Below are positions 1 to 10,168 of a stretch of DNA of 64,000 nt, one piece after another. A program made the translations under genes and the position numbers. How positions within the stretch are numbered: the first letter of the stretch is position 1; every line of letters starts with the position of its first letter. The notes beneath the pieces were generated by a model that ran no database searches, was not told where the DNA came from, and saw only the letters and a list, made by a program, of their open reading frames with translations. Source of the stretch: Microcoleus sp. bin38.metabat.b11b12b14.051 (lineage in GTDB: Bacteria; Cyanobacteriota; Cyanobacteriia; Cyanobacteriales; Microcoleaceae); assembly GCF_013299165.1 (NCBI RefSeq), contig NZ_JAAFKD010000023.1:14949-78948 (forward strand), in the 5' to 3' direction.

Positions 1-2
1 AT

Positions 3-848
3 ATGGAAAATACCGCCGACAATCCACAGGAGGAAATACAACCCGATATGTACTTAAAACCTAAATTTAAGATTTCTTGGCAGGCAATATTTACTGTTTC
101 GATGTTTTTTTATATGTACCTGCCCATTTTTGTACTCACCTTTTACAGCTTTAACAAATCGCGTTTTAGCGCTGGCTGGGAAGGATTTACTTTAGATTGG
201 TACGTTAAATTATTTAGCGATACACGGATTTTAATAGCCCTGAGAAACAGTTTAACAGTTGCTGTTTGTGCAGTTGCAATCTCGGCGGTACTCGGCACTT
301 TGATGGCCGTTGGTTTAGCTCGCTACCGCTTTCCCGGCAAAAGTTTATATCAGGGAGTTTCTTACTTACCGATTATTATTCCAGATATTGCCAGCGCGGT
401 GGCGACTCTGGTATTTTTAGCAGCACTGGCTATTCCTCTGAGTTTGTGGACAATTGTGGCCGCCCACGTTGTGTTTTGTCTGGCTTACATCGCCTTGGCT
501 GTTTCTACTAGATTGGCAGATTTAAACCCGTATTTAGAAGAAGCTGCCTTGGATTTGGGTGCAACGCCTGTTGAAGCTTTTATTCAGGTTTTGCTACCTC
601 AATTAATACCTGGAATTGTTTCGGGTTGTTTGCTATCTTTTGTCCTCAGCATGGATGATTTTTTGATTGCGAGTTTTACCGCAGGTAGCGGGACGACAAC
701 TCTGCCGATGGAAATTTTTAGCCGGATTCGGACTGGTGTAAAACCGGATATTAATGCTCTCAGCGTGTTGTTGATAGTCGGTTCGGGTGGATTGGCGTTT
801 TTAGCAGAATATTTGCGCGGCAAGGGCGACCAAAAACGATCGCATTAG
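3..848 (+). CDS. potC: Polyamine (spermidine/putrescine) ABC transporter permease, PotC-like
   Basis: Multi-TM protein with YSFN...FTLDWY N-terminal motif and EAA loop (LEEAALDLGA), ending TLPMEIFSRIRTGVKPDINAL. Confidence 0.85.
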   Translation: MENTADNPQEEIQPDMYLKPKFKISWQAIFTVSMFFYMYLPIFVLTFYSFNKSRFSAGWEGFTLDWYVKLFSDTRILIALRNSLTVAVCAVAISAVLGTLMAVGLARYRFPGKSLYQGVSYLPIIIPDIASAVATLVFLAALAIPLSLWTIVAAHVVFCLAYIALAVSTRLADLNPYLEEAALDLGATPVEAFIQVLLPQLIPGIVSGCLLSFVLSMDDFLIASFTAGSGTTTLPMEIFSRIRTGVKPDINALSVLLIVGSGGLAFLAEYLRGKGDQKRSH

Positions 849-964
849 TCATTAGTCAAGGGCAATTATTTAGAAAAATGCCTTTGAAAGTGCCAAATAA
901 ATTAACAGCAAAGACTATTTTTATCCTCATCTGCGCCTTCTACACCCTCTGCGGTTAAAAAATC

Positions 965-2608
965 TTAACTCCTTTTCCAAATCTTAATTTCCCCCAACCA
1001 ACCAGCACTCACAATCGTCTTAGTATCAGGGCTGATTCCCACAGCAGTAACATAGCCAGAGTGTCCGCTCAAATTACCTCTCAATTCGCCCGATCGCACA
1101 TCCCACAGTTTCACGCTCTTATCCCAACTCCCAGTAACCAGTATACTGCCATCCCGGCTGATTGCCAGCGACCAAACCCCATCAGTATGTCCGCTCAAAC
1201 GGCGAATTAACTGCCCGTTTCCGACATTCCACAAGCCGATAGTGGCTTTGCCATTGCCCGAAACTAAAGTTTTGCCATCGGGAGTAAAGGCTAGGGATAA
1301 AACAGACAAGTTATTGTCGCTAATCGTGCGAATTGCTGCACCTGTCGCTAGATTCCACAATCTGATTGAAGCATCTTTGCTGCCGCTAGCTAAGGTTTTA
1401 CTGTTGGGACTGATTGTCAGAGCGCTGACTAATCCAGAGTGCCCGGTTAAAGTCCGCAGCAATTCCCCGGTTTTTGCGTTCCAAATCTTAATTGTTTTGT
1501 CCCAACTGCCGCTCGCGACAAATTGACCGTCGGGACTGACGGCAACACTCGAAACAGCACCGGAATGCCCGCTCAAAGTGCGGACAACCGCGCCTGTTTC
1601 TAAATTCCAAATTTTTACCGTTTTGTCGTCGCTGCCACTAGCTAACACTTTACCGTCCGCACTCGCAGCCAGGGCATTAACAGCTTCGGCGTGTCCTTGC
1701 AGTGTAGTTTTTAATTGCCCGCCGGGAAAATTCCAAACTGAGATTGTGCCGTTGCTGTTTCCTGTAGTAAAATAAGCGGAAGATAGGGTAAGAGAACTGA
1801 TAAATTCTGAAGGCCCTTTCAGGGTATTTGTGGCTGCAAAGGCGATCGCACTTCCGGGCTTCCGAGGCACATTGTTCGCGGGAGTTTTCGGGTTTCCGGC
1901 TGTGGGAGATTGGGGGACTACTGGCAACGAAATAGTCGATCGCCATTTCATGAAAGTATTAATTTCTATTCCCGCCGCCACAATTTTATCAGAATTCTCC
2001 TCTAACCTAACAATACCGTTAATTGCGACAACTCGCCCCGCATCGTCGAGTACAGGCCCGCCACTCATCCCCGCTCTCACTAAGTTATTGTAGACCAATG
2101 TATAACCGTTCCAAGGAGTTTGGCGGCCGGTAAGTTGACCTTCGGTAGCGATGAAAATCGGTTGTTGCAGCGAACCGCCGGATATCGGCCAGCCAGCCAC
2201 ATAAGCCTTATTTCCGCGAGTGGCGGCGGAATTTGCCAATTCAGCGAGGCGGTAGCTTTCAGGGCTGCTGAAGGGGACGACAGCTAAGTCCACTCCGGGG
2301 ACTCGGCGCACGAGGCTATATGATACAGAGTGAGCTTTGCCGTCGGGAGTTATAACCTCGTAATCGCCGGCTTTATCGACTACGTGCCAGTTGGTGAGTA
2401 TATAGTAGGTGCTACCTTGTTTCTCTAAAATTACTCCCGAACCGCCTTTTGGCCCCTGGATGCGGACGGTGATTTGTTTGGCGACGGTTTTAACTGCGTC
2501 GGCGGTTAAGGCGAGGGCGATTTGAGGTGATGTGAGTGGGATGAGTGCGATCGAGCTTAGGGCGATCGTAGCACTCAAAATAGCCGGAATTGTTCTGTTG
2601 TAGTTCAT
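965..2608 (-). CDS. Trypsin-like serine protease domain fused to C-terminal WD40 repeats
   Basis: Signal-like N-terminus; catalytic-triad motifs TNWHVV, GVDLAV and GMSGGPV; then about 6-7 GH...WD/WN repeats. Confidence 0.85.
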   Translation of the reverse strand: MNYNRTIPAILSATIALSSIALIPLTSPQIALALTADAVKTVAKQITVRIQGPKGGSGVILEKQGSTYYILTNWHVVDKAGDYEVITPDGKAHSVSYSLVRRVPGVDLAVVPFSSPESYRLAELANSAATRGNKAYVAGWPISGGSLQQPIFIATEGQLTGRQTPWNGYTLVYNNLVRAGMSGGPVLDDAGRVVAINGIVRLEENSDKIVAAGIEINTFMKWRSTISLPVVPQSPTAGNPKTPANNVPRKPGSAIAFAATNTLKGPSEFISSLTLSSAYFTTGNSNGTISVWNFPGGQLKTTLQGHAEAVNALAASADGKVLASGSDDKTVKIWNLETGAVVRTLSGHSGAVSSVAVSPDGQFVASGSWDKTIKIWNAKTGELLRTLTGHSGLVSALTISPNSKTLASGSKDASIRLWNLATGAAIRTISDNNLSVLSLAFTPDGKTLVSGNGKATIGLWNVGNGQLIRRLSGHTDGVWSLAISRDGSILVTGSWDKSVKLWDVRSGELRGNLSGHSGYVTAVGISPDTKTIVSAGWLGEIKIWKRS

Positions 2609-2690
2609 TATTGTGTCAATTTAACATACCCACCTATCAACGGACGGACAAGTTTTCCGGTTTGTGGCATATTTCCACACCAAATGAATT

Positions 2691-2905
2691 AGTAGGGTGC
2701 GTCAGCTAGAGTTTTTTGTGAATAATTGAGAGTTGAATAACTGACGCACCTTGCAGCCTTGTGGTGCGTCAGTTAGTAGGGTGCGTCAGCTAGAGTTTTT
2801 AGTGGATAATTAAGAGTTGAATAACTGACGCACCTTGCAGCTATGTGGTGCGTCAGTTTCTGCGATTTCAAACAAATCTCTCAACTTCGGCTGACGCACC
2901 CTACA
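2691..2905. repeat. REP-like palindromic array (GTAGGGTGCGTCAG / CTGACGCACC)
   Basis: 4 forward GGTGCGTCAG and 3 reverse CTGACGCACC copies; the intervening segments are themselves repeated. Confidence 0.9.
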
Positions 2906-2917
2906 ACTTGACTTATA

Positions 2918-3370
2918 ATGTTATCTAAAAACTGGGACAAAGAGTTAACTGAGGAAAATCTCCGAGATCAAATAGCCCAAGCCAAGCAAGCATGGAAAAC
3001 CGCTGAGGCTACAGAGCCGCGTGCCGAATCCGTGCAGTACAATCAGTCGGAAGATTTAATTGTTATTAAACTCAAAAACGGTGCTATTTTCTGTTTTCCT
3101 CCGCGGCTTGCACAAGGCTTAGAAAGCGCTTCACCAGAACAACTTGCTGATGTTTGGCTACCGCCTTCAGGTAACAGCGTACACTGGGAAAGTCTAGATG
3201 TTGATTTTGGCATTCCTGAACTTGTCGCAGGTATTTTTGGGACAAAATATTGGATGGCTGAATTAGGCAGAAAGGGAGGAGAAGCAACTTCCAGCGCTAA
3301 ATCGGCAGCAGCACGGAAAAATGGCAAGAAAGGGGGACGCCCTAAAAAGAATATTTCCCTTAATTCTTGA
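2918..3370 (+). CDS. DUF2442 domain protein (antitoxin-like)
   Basis: LIVIKLKNGAIFCFP...GLESASPEQL...SVHWESLDVDFGIPELVAGIFG, with the typical basic tail AARKNGKKGGRPKK. Confidence 0.8.
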   Translation: MLSKNWDKELTEENLRDQIAQAKQAWKTAEATEPRAESVQYNQSEDLIVIKLKNGAIFCFPPRLAQGLESASPEQLADVWLPPSGNSVHWESLDVDFGIPELVAGIFGTKYWMAELGRKGGEATSSAKSAAARKNGKKGGRPKKNISLNS

Positions 3371-3404
3371 TGCCAAATAGACATAAATTACTTACAATCA
3401 ATTA

Positions 3405-3852
3405 GGTAGGGTGCGTCAGCTAGGTTTTTTTTGCATAATTTAGAGTATAATAACTGACGCACCTTACAGCTAGGTGGTGCGTCAGTTTCTGCGATTTCAA
3501 ACAAGTCTCTCAACTTCGGACTGACGCACCCTACAACTGTTTAGTTAGTAGGGTGCGTCAGCTAGAGTTTTTAGTGGATAATTGAGAGTTTACAAACTGA
3601 CGCACCTTACAGCTAGGTGGTGCGTCAGTTTCTGCGATTTCAAACAAGTCTCTCAACTTCGGACTGACGCACCCTACAACTGTTTAGTTAGTAGGGTGCG
3701 TCAGCTGATAGAGCAGGTTTCAGTTAGTAGGGTGCGTCAGCTAGAGTTTTTGTGCATAATTGAGAGTTTACAAACTGACGCACCTTGCCGCCTGGTGGTG
3801 CGTCAGTTTCTGCAATTTCAAACAAGTCTCTCAACTTCGGACTGACGCACCA
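3405..3852. repeat. REP-like palindromic array with about 143-bp higher-order period
   Basis: 7 forward and 6 reverse copies of the same 10-mer; unit starts near 3409, 3552 and 3695. Confidence 0.9.
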
Positions 3853-3865
3853 CCAGGCGATAATC

Positions 3866-4564
3866 TCATGCTAAATCAAACAGCAAAAATTCCGCATCTT
3901 CCGCCGCTTCAATCGCCAATTCAGCCTCATCGCTAACCGCTGCACCGTCACCTTTTTCTAAAGTCAAACCGTTGAGCAAAATAGAGCCGCGAGCAACTTG
4001 CACCCAAGCATGACGATTTGGCTGCAAAGCATGAGAAACCCGCGAGCTTTTATCCAAAACCGCCGCATATAAATCGACATCTTGATGCACTTTCACCGCA
4101 CCATCTCTCGCATCATGCGCCGCCACCAACCGCAGTTGTCCGCGCCTTTCTGCTAGAGGAAACTCCCGCTGTTCGTAACTCGGTGGCAATCCATTTGTAT
4201 CTGGTAACAGCCAGATTTGTAGCAAATGAACAGGCTCAGTTTGCGAGTGATTGAACTCGCTGTGTTGGATGCCCGTACCTGCACTCATCCGCTGCACTTC
4301 GCCTGGTTTGATCGCTGCGCCGGTACCCAAACTGTCTTTATGTTCTAATGCTCCTTCCAGCACGTAGGTAATAATTTCCATATCGATGTGCCCGTGAGTG
4401 CCGAAACCTTTGCCGGGGCTAATGACATCCTCGTTGATTACCCGCAAAGAGCGAAAATTCATATAGTTTGAATCGTAGTAATCGGCAAATGAAAATGTGT
4501 GGTAACTGTCCAGCCAACTAATCTTTGCGTGTCCTCTTGCTGCACTTTTTCTGACGGTAATCAT
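3866..4564 (-). CDS. Pirin family protein
   Basis: [50 protein letters not shown]. Confidence 0.93.
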   Translation of the reverse strand: MITVRKSAARGHAKISWLDSYHTFSFADYYDSNYMNFRSLRVINEDVISPGKGFGTHGHIDMEIITYVLEGALEHKDSLGTGAAIKPGEVQRMSAGTGIQHSEFNHSQTEPVHLLQIWLLPDTNGLPPSYEQREFPLAERRGQLRLVAAHDARDGAVKVHQDVDLYAAVLDKSSRVSHALQPNRHAWVQVARGSILLNGLTLEKGDGAAVSDEAELAIEAAEDAEFLLFDLA

Positions 4565-4680
4565 TTTCTCAATCCTCAGTGAAATTTATCGGGTGTTTCT
4601 GAGATACTTCTACTTTAAACCGAGTCAAGCTATTATGGGAAGTACGCACTAAAAAGTGCGGTAGTTACCAAAAGGATACT

Positions 4681-5013
4681 ATGCAAGTTAAAGACGTAAA
4701 GGTCGATCGGGCAAATTGCCCAGTAGAGAGAACTTTAGAGGTGATTGGCGGGCGCTGGAAAGTCTTGATTCTCCGGGAGTTGTTTCAAGGAGTGAAGCGT
4801 TTTAACGAGCTCCAACGAGCTGTCAACGGCATTACTCAGAAGATGCTGACGCAGCAGTTGCGGGAGATGGAGTCAGACGGGATTGTGCATCGGGAAATTT
4901 ACCTGCAAGTTCCGCCGAAAGTTGAATATTCGCTAACGCCTTTGGGCGAAAGTCTCAAACCGATTATTGATGCGATGCACGAATGGGGAATTAAGGATAT
5001 TAACTATAGTTGA
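4681..5013 (+). CDS. HxlR-family winged-helix transcriptional regulator
   Basis: [19 protein letters not shown]...RFNEL...[14 protein letters not shown]...PPKVEYSLT; divergent from pirin. Confidence 0.93.
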   Translation: MQVKDVKVDRANCPVERTLEVIGGRWKVLILRELFQGVKRFNELQRAVNGITQKMLTQQLREMESDGIVHREIYLQVPPKVEYSLTPLGESLKPIIDAMHEWGIKDINYS

Positions 5014-5334
5014 GTTTAGTAGACATCTTGCATTCATTCACAAATTATCTGGAAACTATCTGCGTTTATCTGTGTTCATCTGCTTTTCATCTGCGGTTCC
5101 TGTATTCATCAAAGATTTATGCAATCTTGTCTAGTGCTGTCTGCTTGCTTGCCAATTCCCAATTACGGATTATATCATGTTTGATAAAAACACGATCGAG
5201 TTTGTAGCTAGGACTAAAGTCCTCTGTCATTTAGAAAGGACTAAAGTCATGACTACGAACCTGTTTGTCAGAGGGATGCTTTTTTCTGTCTTCGGACTGA
5301 TGTCGCTTTTTGTAGTTAGCCTAAGAATAATAAT

Positions 5335-5733
5335 ATGAACAAAATAGAGCGTCTTGCCACTCTCAACCGCATCCGCAAACTCAGCCGCCTGATGGATACC
5401 GCCATTGGCATCCCCGGTACTAAACTTCGCATTGGTTTAGATCCGATTATCGGTTTAGTTCCAGGTGCTGGTGATATAGTAGATACTGCGTTTTCTGCCT
5501 ACCTAATTTATTTGGCAACTCAATTCAATATTCCCCGCAAAACTCTAGGCAAAATGATTTATAATATCAGTCTGGAAGCTGTTATCGGTTCAGTGCCTTT
5601 AGTTGGAGATATCTTTGATGCTTTTTATAAGTCAAACATGAGAAATCTGGCGCTTTTGGAATCGCATCTAGAAGCAGAGGAACCGGAATTAGCCGCTGTT
5701 GCAGAACCTATTCCTGAATCGATTAAACTGTAG
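5335..5733 (+). CDS. DUF4112 domain membrane protein
   Basis: LMDTAIGIPGTKLRIGLDPIIGLVPGAGD...VPLVGDIFDAFYKSNMRNLALLE. Confidence 0.88.
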   Translation: MNKIERLATLNRIRKLSRLMDTAIGIPGTKLRIGLDPIIGLVPGAGDIVDTAFSAYLIYLATQFNIPRKTLGKMIYNISLEAVIGSVPLVGDIFDAFYKSNMRNLALLESHLEAEEPELAAVAEPIPESIKL

Positions 5734-6104
5734 GTTCGTAGTGAGGACTTTAGTCCTTAGATTTTTAGAAGGACTGAAGTCCTCACTACGAACCGTTTTA
5801 AATATTTGGAATCGCATCTTGAAGCAGAGGAACCGGAATTAGTCGCTGTTGCAGAACCTATTCCTGAATCGATTAAAATGTAGGTTCGTAGTGAGGACTT
5901 TAGTCCTTAGATTTTTAGAAGGACTGAAGTCCTCACTACGAACCGTTTTAAATATTTGGAATCGCATCTTGAAGCAGAGGAACCGGAATTAGCCGCTGTT
6001 GCAGAACCTATTCCTGAATCGATTAAACTGTAGGTTCGTAGTGAGGACTTTAGTCCTTAGATTTTAGAAGGACTGAAGTCCTCACTACGAACCGTTTTAA
6101 ATAT
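5656..6104. repeat. Three tandem copies of a 150-bp unit spanning the DUF4112 3' end, a hairpin and the ltaE stop
   Basis: TTGGAATCGCATCT recurs at 5656, 5806 and 5956; each unit holds the hairpin GTTCGTAGTGAGGACTTTAGTCC...GGACTGAAGTCCTCACTACGAAC. Confidence 0.95.
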
Positions 6105-7131
6105 TATGGGAAAGCTCGCTCTTGCAAAAATCCACGAAAGCGTCAATATCTGCTTCTTTAGTATTAAAGGCTGTTACCAATCTGACAGTAGATTTATCCC
6201 ACCGATAAAACTGAAAACCCTGATTCAAAGCTGCTGCAATCAATGATTCAGGAATCTGCACAAAAATCTCGTTAGCTTCAACGGGATGGCAAAACTTGAC
6301 TTTCTCAACTCCGGCCAAACCTTCGGCTAATTTAGCCGCCATATTATTTGCATGAGCCGCATTTGTCAACCACAAATCATTCGTTATATATGCTTCCAAC
6401 TGCGCCGACAAAAACCGCATCTTTGAGAACAGATGCCCGCTGCGCTTGCGATAAAATGGGAAAGTCTTTGCTAATTCTTGATTGAAAAATACCACAGCTT
6501 CCGCAGCCATCGCGCCGTTTTTGGTTGCTCCAAATGAGAGGATATCGACACCTGCGCGCCAAGTGATATCCGCAGGCGCACAGCCCAAGCTAGCAACAGC
6601 ATTAGCAAAGCGAGCTCCGTCCATGTGCAGGTGCAAATTGTGGCGACGCACAACTTCGGAAATCTCGGCAATTTCGGCTGGATTGTAGACAGTGCCTGCT
6701 TCGGTGGCTTGTGTGATGCTGACGGCGGCGGGCTGTACGTGGTGGACGACTCCTGCACCAGCCCGATCGACTATTTCACCTAAATTCTCTGCGTTTATCT
6801 TAGCATCATTTCCTGTTACAGTGACTAACTTAGCACCGCCGGTAAAAAACTCGGGTGCGCCGCATTCATCTAGATTAATATGAGATTGGGCGTGACAGTA
6901 AACAGCCCCGTAAGGAGGAGTCATCACTGCTAGGGCTAAAGCGTTAGCAGCAGAACCGGTTGCTACAGGAAAAACTGTCACCGATGTCTCGAACAAATCC
7001 GAAAATTTAACTTGCAAACGCTGTGTATATTCATCATCTCCATAGGACATAACTGCACCGCAATTAGCCGCTGCAATCGCTGCCATAATTTCCGGCGAAA
7101 CCCCGGTTGCATTGTCGCTACAAAAATTCAT
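6097..7131 (-). CDS. ltaE: Low-specificity L-threonine aldolase
   Basis: MNFCSDN, LHMDGARFANA, SFGATKNG (PLP lysine), VRLVTAF. The ATG at 7131 is preferred over the longer ORF start. Confidence 0.88.
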   Translation of the reverse strand: MNFCSDNATGVSPEIMAAIAAANCGAVMSYGDDEYTQRLQVKFSDLFETSVTVFPVATGSAANALALAVMTPPYGAVYCHAQSHINLDECGAPEFFTGGAKLVTVTGNDAKINAENLGEIVDRAGAGVVHHVQPAAVSITQATEAGTVYNPAEIAEISEVVRRHNLHLHMDGARFANAVASLGCAPADITWRAGVDILSFGATKNGAMAAEAVVFFNQELAKTFPFYRKRSGHLFSKMRFLSAQLEAYITNDLWLTNAAHANNMAAKLAEGLAGVEKVKFCHPVEANEIFVQIPESLIAAALNQGFQFYRWDKSTVRLVTAFNTKEADIDAFVDFCKSELSHNI

Positions 7132-7210
7132 TTGAATAATTGGTAAACAGAATCTATAATATAACTCAACAGTCAAAAGTCAACCGTCAAAAATTAAACC
7201 AAGAGGAACT

Positions 7211-7423
7211 ATGGCAGAGTACCGCCAAATAGAATACCGCATCGGCAAAGACGGCAAAATTACCGAAACCGTCCTCAACGCCACCGGTTCGAGTTGTACC
7301 GAAACCACGGCCGGAATTGAAACAGCCCTCGGCAAAGTAGAATCTCAAGATTTGTTGCCAGAATACTATCAAGGTGAAGAAATTTTGGCCTCCGAACAAA
7401 CTCAGACTTTAAAACAAGTTTAG
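7211..7423 (+). CDS. DUF2997 domain protein
   Basis: IEYRIGKDGKITETVLNATGSSCTETTAGIETALGKV...LLPEYY. Confidence 0.8.
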   Translation: MAEYRQIEYRIGKDGKITETVLNATGSSCTETTAGIETALGKVESQDLLPEYYQGEEILASEQTQTLKQV

Positions 7424-7434
7424 AAAAATTAACA

Positions 7435-8217
7435 ATGTTCTATTTCCTCGGTGCAACAGTTGATGTAACAACAGGGCCTGCCTTCGGTATCACGCTAGCT
7501 GTCGGAGGCATTTTTCTAATTTTAGTGTATGCTTATGCTGCATCAGAGGCCGGAGATGCGATCGACTTTAAGTACGATACAATTCTCCGAGAACGCATGA
7601 AGCAGCTAGATATCGTCGATTGGCAAGACTTAGGCGAGAAAGCAGGCTTAACTCGCTTCGGGGTGCGCCTAGTGCGGCAGGGAGACGTGGGAAAACTCAC
7701 CATAGACCAACTGCGGCGGCTGGCAACTGTGCTAAATTTGAATTTCCAGGAATTCGATCGCACTTTAAGCGCACTGCCCCTATCGGCTACAATTACCACC
7801 AATCCCAGCGAAATCGAAGAATTGAAACAGCAGTGTTTCCGGCTGCGCGAAGAATTGCAGCAGCAAAAAACTCAACTAACTGCCGATTTTCGCCGCGCTA
7901 CCTTTGAACAATTGCAAACTTTGTTAACCAACTATCCAGCCGCCCGCAAAATGGCAGAAGCCAAGCCGGATATGCCCGCAAAAAATCTCTCGGCTTTGTT
8001 TACGCCCTTAGAAAATCTCTTGTCAAGTTGGAATTTTGAAACAATCGGTTCGGCTTGGGAACAAACAACTTATAATCCGCAGTTGCACCAGCCGGATGTT
8101 GAGGATATCACAGAAGGAGAGTTAGTTTATGTTAGATTTGTCGGCTATCGGAATGGAGAGCAAATTCTTACTCCTGCTAAAGTTAGTCGCACTCTTCCAG
8201 CAGGCATGAAAAAGTAA
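7435..8217 (+). CDS. Protein with possible N-terminal TM, XRE-like HTH, coiled coil and GrpE-like C-terminal domain
   Basis: HTH-like WQDLGEKAGLTRFGVRLVRQG...LRRLATVL; C-terminal YNPQLHQP...GELVYVRFVGYRNGEQILTPAKV resembles the GrpE beta-head. Confidence 0.65.
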   Translation: MFYFLGATVDVTTGPAFGITLAVGGIFLILVYAYAASEAGDAIDFKYDTILRERMKQLDIVDWQDLGEKAGLTRFGVRLVRQGDVGKLTIDQLRRLATVLNLNFQEFDRTLSALPLSATITTNPSEIEELKQQCFRLREELQQQKTQLTADFRRATFEQLQTLLTNYPAARKMAEAKPDMPAKNLSALFTPLENLLSSWNFETIGSAWEQTTYNPQLHQPDVEDITEGELVYVRFVGYRNGEQILTPAKVSRTLPAGMKK

Positions 8218-8227
8218 ATATAAAATC

Positions 8228-8349
8228 CAATATAGTTCACTTAACGTTTTTTGTCATTGCGCTTCGGGAGAGCAATCGCAGAGACTATGACACTTATCGG
8301 TTAAGTCAGGTGCGCGCCGAGCAATTATCTTCTTAAGTGAACCGTATTG
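8228..8349. mobile_element. 122-bp MITE with CAATA(T/C)(A/G)GTTCACTTAA terminal inverted repeats and 10-bp TSD
   Basis: Ends CAATATAGTTCACTTAA...TTAAGTGAACCGTATTG; ATATAAAATC directly repeated at 8218-8227 and 8350-8359. Confidence 0.85.
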
Positions 8350-8397
8350 ATATAAAATCTTCAATTTTCGCCAATAAATCTAAACTCTAAAATTGAC

Positions 8398-9996
8398 ATG
8401 GTTACAGTTGCAATCGACTTCGGCACCAGCAACACAGTTGTCTGCATTCTCAACCCGGACACTCAAACAGCAGAAACTTTGAGATTGGGCGAGATATCCC
8501 GAATTTTCAAAACAAATAAGTCTGGGGAAGATATTCGAGAAATACCTGTAGTTCCGACTTTGGTATTCGTAAAAAATGCAGGTGAGTTGGTATTGGGAGA
8601 AAAAGTCCGATCTCAGCGTTTGGGACAATCCCAACCAGACCGTTTTTTCAAAGCTTTTAAACGCGACTTAGCCGCCGACTTTCAGCCTCCCGCCCGCAAT
8701 CTCGACGGCGAAACCTACACGCCGGAATTAGTGGCAGAACAGTTTATCACAACTATTTGGGAACAATTATATCACCAAAATATCCAACCAAACAAACTAA
8801 TTTTTACAGTACCAGTCGGAGCATTTGAGCGATATTTGGATTGGTTTCGCGACTTAGCAGAATCTCTGGGAGTTGAGGAAGTTCAGCTAATCGATGAATC
8901 TACAGCAGCCGCCCTGGGATATGCTGTAAAACGCCCCGGTTCCTTAGTTTTAGTAGTCGATTTTGGCGGCGGAACTTTAGATTTAAGTTTGGTACGCACT
9001 GCGCCTCCTTCCTCTGTCAAACATAGCCAATCTCACAGTCCGAATTTAATGCGCGCCGAAGTGTTGGCAAAATCCGATGCTTATGTCGGTGGCGAAGATA
9101 TTGATATCTGGATTGTTGAAGATTATTTGCGGCAAATTGGTTCGTCGCGGGCAGAAGTTGGTGGCGTTGGCTGGCAAAATTTATTGGAAATAGCCGAAAA
9201 GTTAAAGATTCAAATTTCTCAAGTTAATGAGGCGAAGGAAAGTTGGTTTGATGATGAAAATTTTATGTCTTACGACTTGCAGCTAAACCGAGATAAACTT
9301 GAGGAAATTCTGGAATCTCGGCAGTTGTTGGAACAGTTGCGAGAATCTTTAGATGAAGTGTTGAACATTGCGCTGGGTAAAGGTATCGGTAAAGCAGATA
9401 TCGAACAGGTTTTGCTGGTAGGAGGAACTTCGCTAATCCCGGCTGTTTCTAATTTAGTTGTTTCCTATTTTGGGCGGCAAAAAGTTAAAACTGATAAGCC
9501 TTTTGAAGCAGTCGCCCACGGCGCTTTAGCTTTGACAGAATTGGTGACTGTTGACGATTATTTGCGGCACAGCTATGCAATCCGCCTCTGGGAACCTTAT
9601 GCTAAAGCTTATAGTTATTCGCCGATTTTTAGCAAGGAAATGAAGTATCCTTGTGAAAGTTCCGATGAGTTGACGCTGCAAGTAGCGATTGAAGGACAAA
9701 GGGAGATTCGGTTAGATATTGGGGAAGTTGCGGAGGTGTCGCAGGCGGAGGTTAGTTTTAACGAAAAAGGGCAAATGACGAGCAGTTTGCTCAACAAACA
9801 CAGTGATTTTCGCTCTTTGGAAAGCCACCATCAGCAGGTTTGTGTGGCGCATTTGAATCCGCCTGGGGTGCTGGGAATCGATCGGGTTTCGGTGAGTTTT
9901 GAGGTGGATGAGAGGCGGGTGTTGTTGGCTACGGTGCGGGATTTGGTGACTGGTGAGGTGTTGGTGGCCAAAGGGGCGATCGCCAAACTGCAATAA
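8398..9996 (+). CDS. Atypical Hsp70-family protein
   Basis: VAIDFGTSNT, VVDFGGGTLD and LLVGGTSLIP actin-fold motifs; short, divergent substrate-binding region; no canonical DnaK lid. Confidence 0.88.
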   Translation: MVTVAIDFGTSNTVVCILNPDTQTAETLRLGEISRIFKTNKSGEDIREIPVVPTLVFVKNAGELVLGEKVRSQRLGQSQPDRFFKAFKRDLAADFQPPARNLDGETYTPELVAEQFITTIWEQLYHQNIQPNKLIFTVPVGAFERYLDWFRDLAESLGVEEVQLIDESTAAALGYAVKRPGSLVLVVDFGGGTLDLSLVRTAPPSSVKHSQSHSPNLMRAEVLAKSDAYVGGEDIDIWIVEDYLRQIGSSRAEVGGVGWQNLLEIAEKLKIQISQVNEAKESWFDDENFMSYDLQLNRDKLEEILESRQLLEQLRESLDEVLNIALGKGIGKADIEQVLLVGGTSLIPAVSNLVVSYFGRQKVKTDKPFEAVAHGALALTELVTVDDYLRHSYAIRLWEPYAKAYSYSPIFSKEMKYPCESSDELTLQVAIEGQREIRLDIGEVAEVSQAEVSFNEKGQMTSSLLNKHSDFRSLESHHQQVCVAHLNPPGVLGIDRVSVSFEVDERRVLLATVRDLVTGEVLVAKGAIAKLQ

Positions 9997-10010
9997 TGAT
10001 ACAATTTTTA

Positions 10011-10137
10011 GATAAGACTCGGCGATTGAAATCGCTGCTACACAAACGAAGTCCGCCTCCGCAGACTGAAGAGTGAAGATAAGATTCGGCGATTGAAATC
10101 GCTTCTTGTCAAACAAAGTCCGCCTCCGCGGACTAAA
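10011..10137. repeat. Two tandem copies (67-bp period) of a dispersed hairpin repeat
   Basis: GATAAGA(C/T)TCGGCGATTGAAATCGC...AAGTCCGCCTCCGC(A/G)GACT at 10011 and 10078; a related copy lies near 56966-57020. Confidence 0.8.
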
Positions 10138-10168
10138 TAATATCGATTTAAATCAAGTTTATGCCGCC

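Noticed and set aside
2691-3852. Possible CRISPR array
   Set aside because: The repeats alternate in orientation and the intervening sequences are themselves repeated; no cas genes are nearby.
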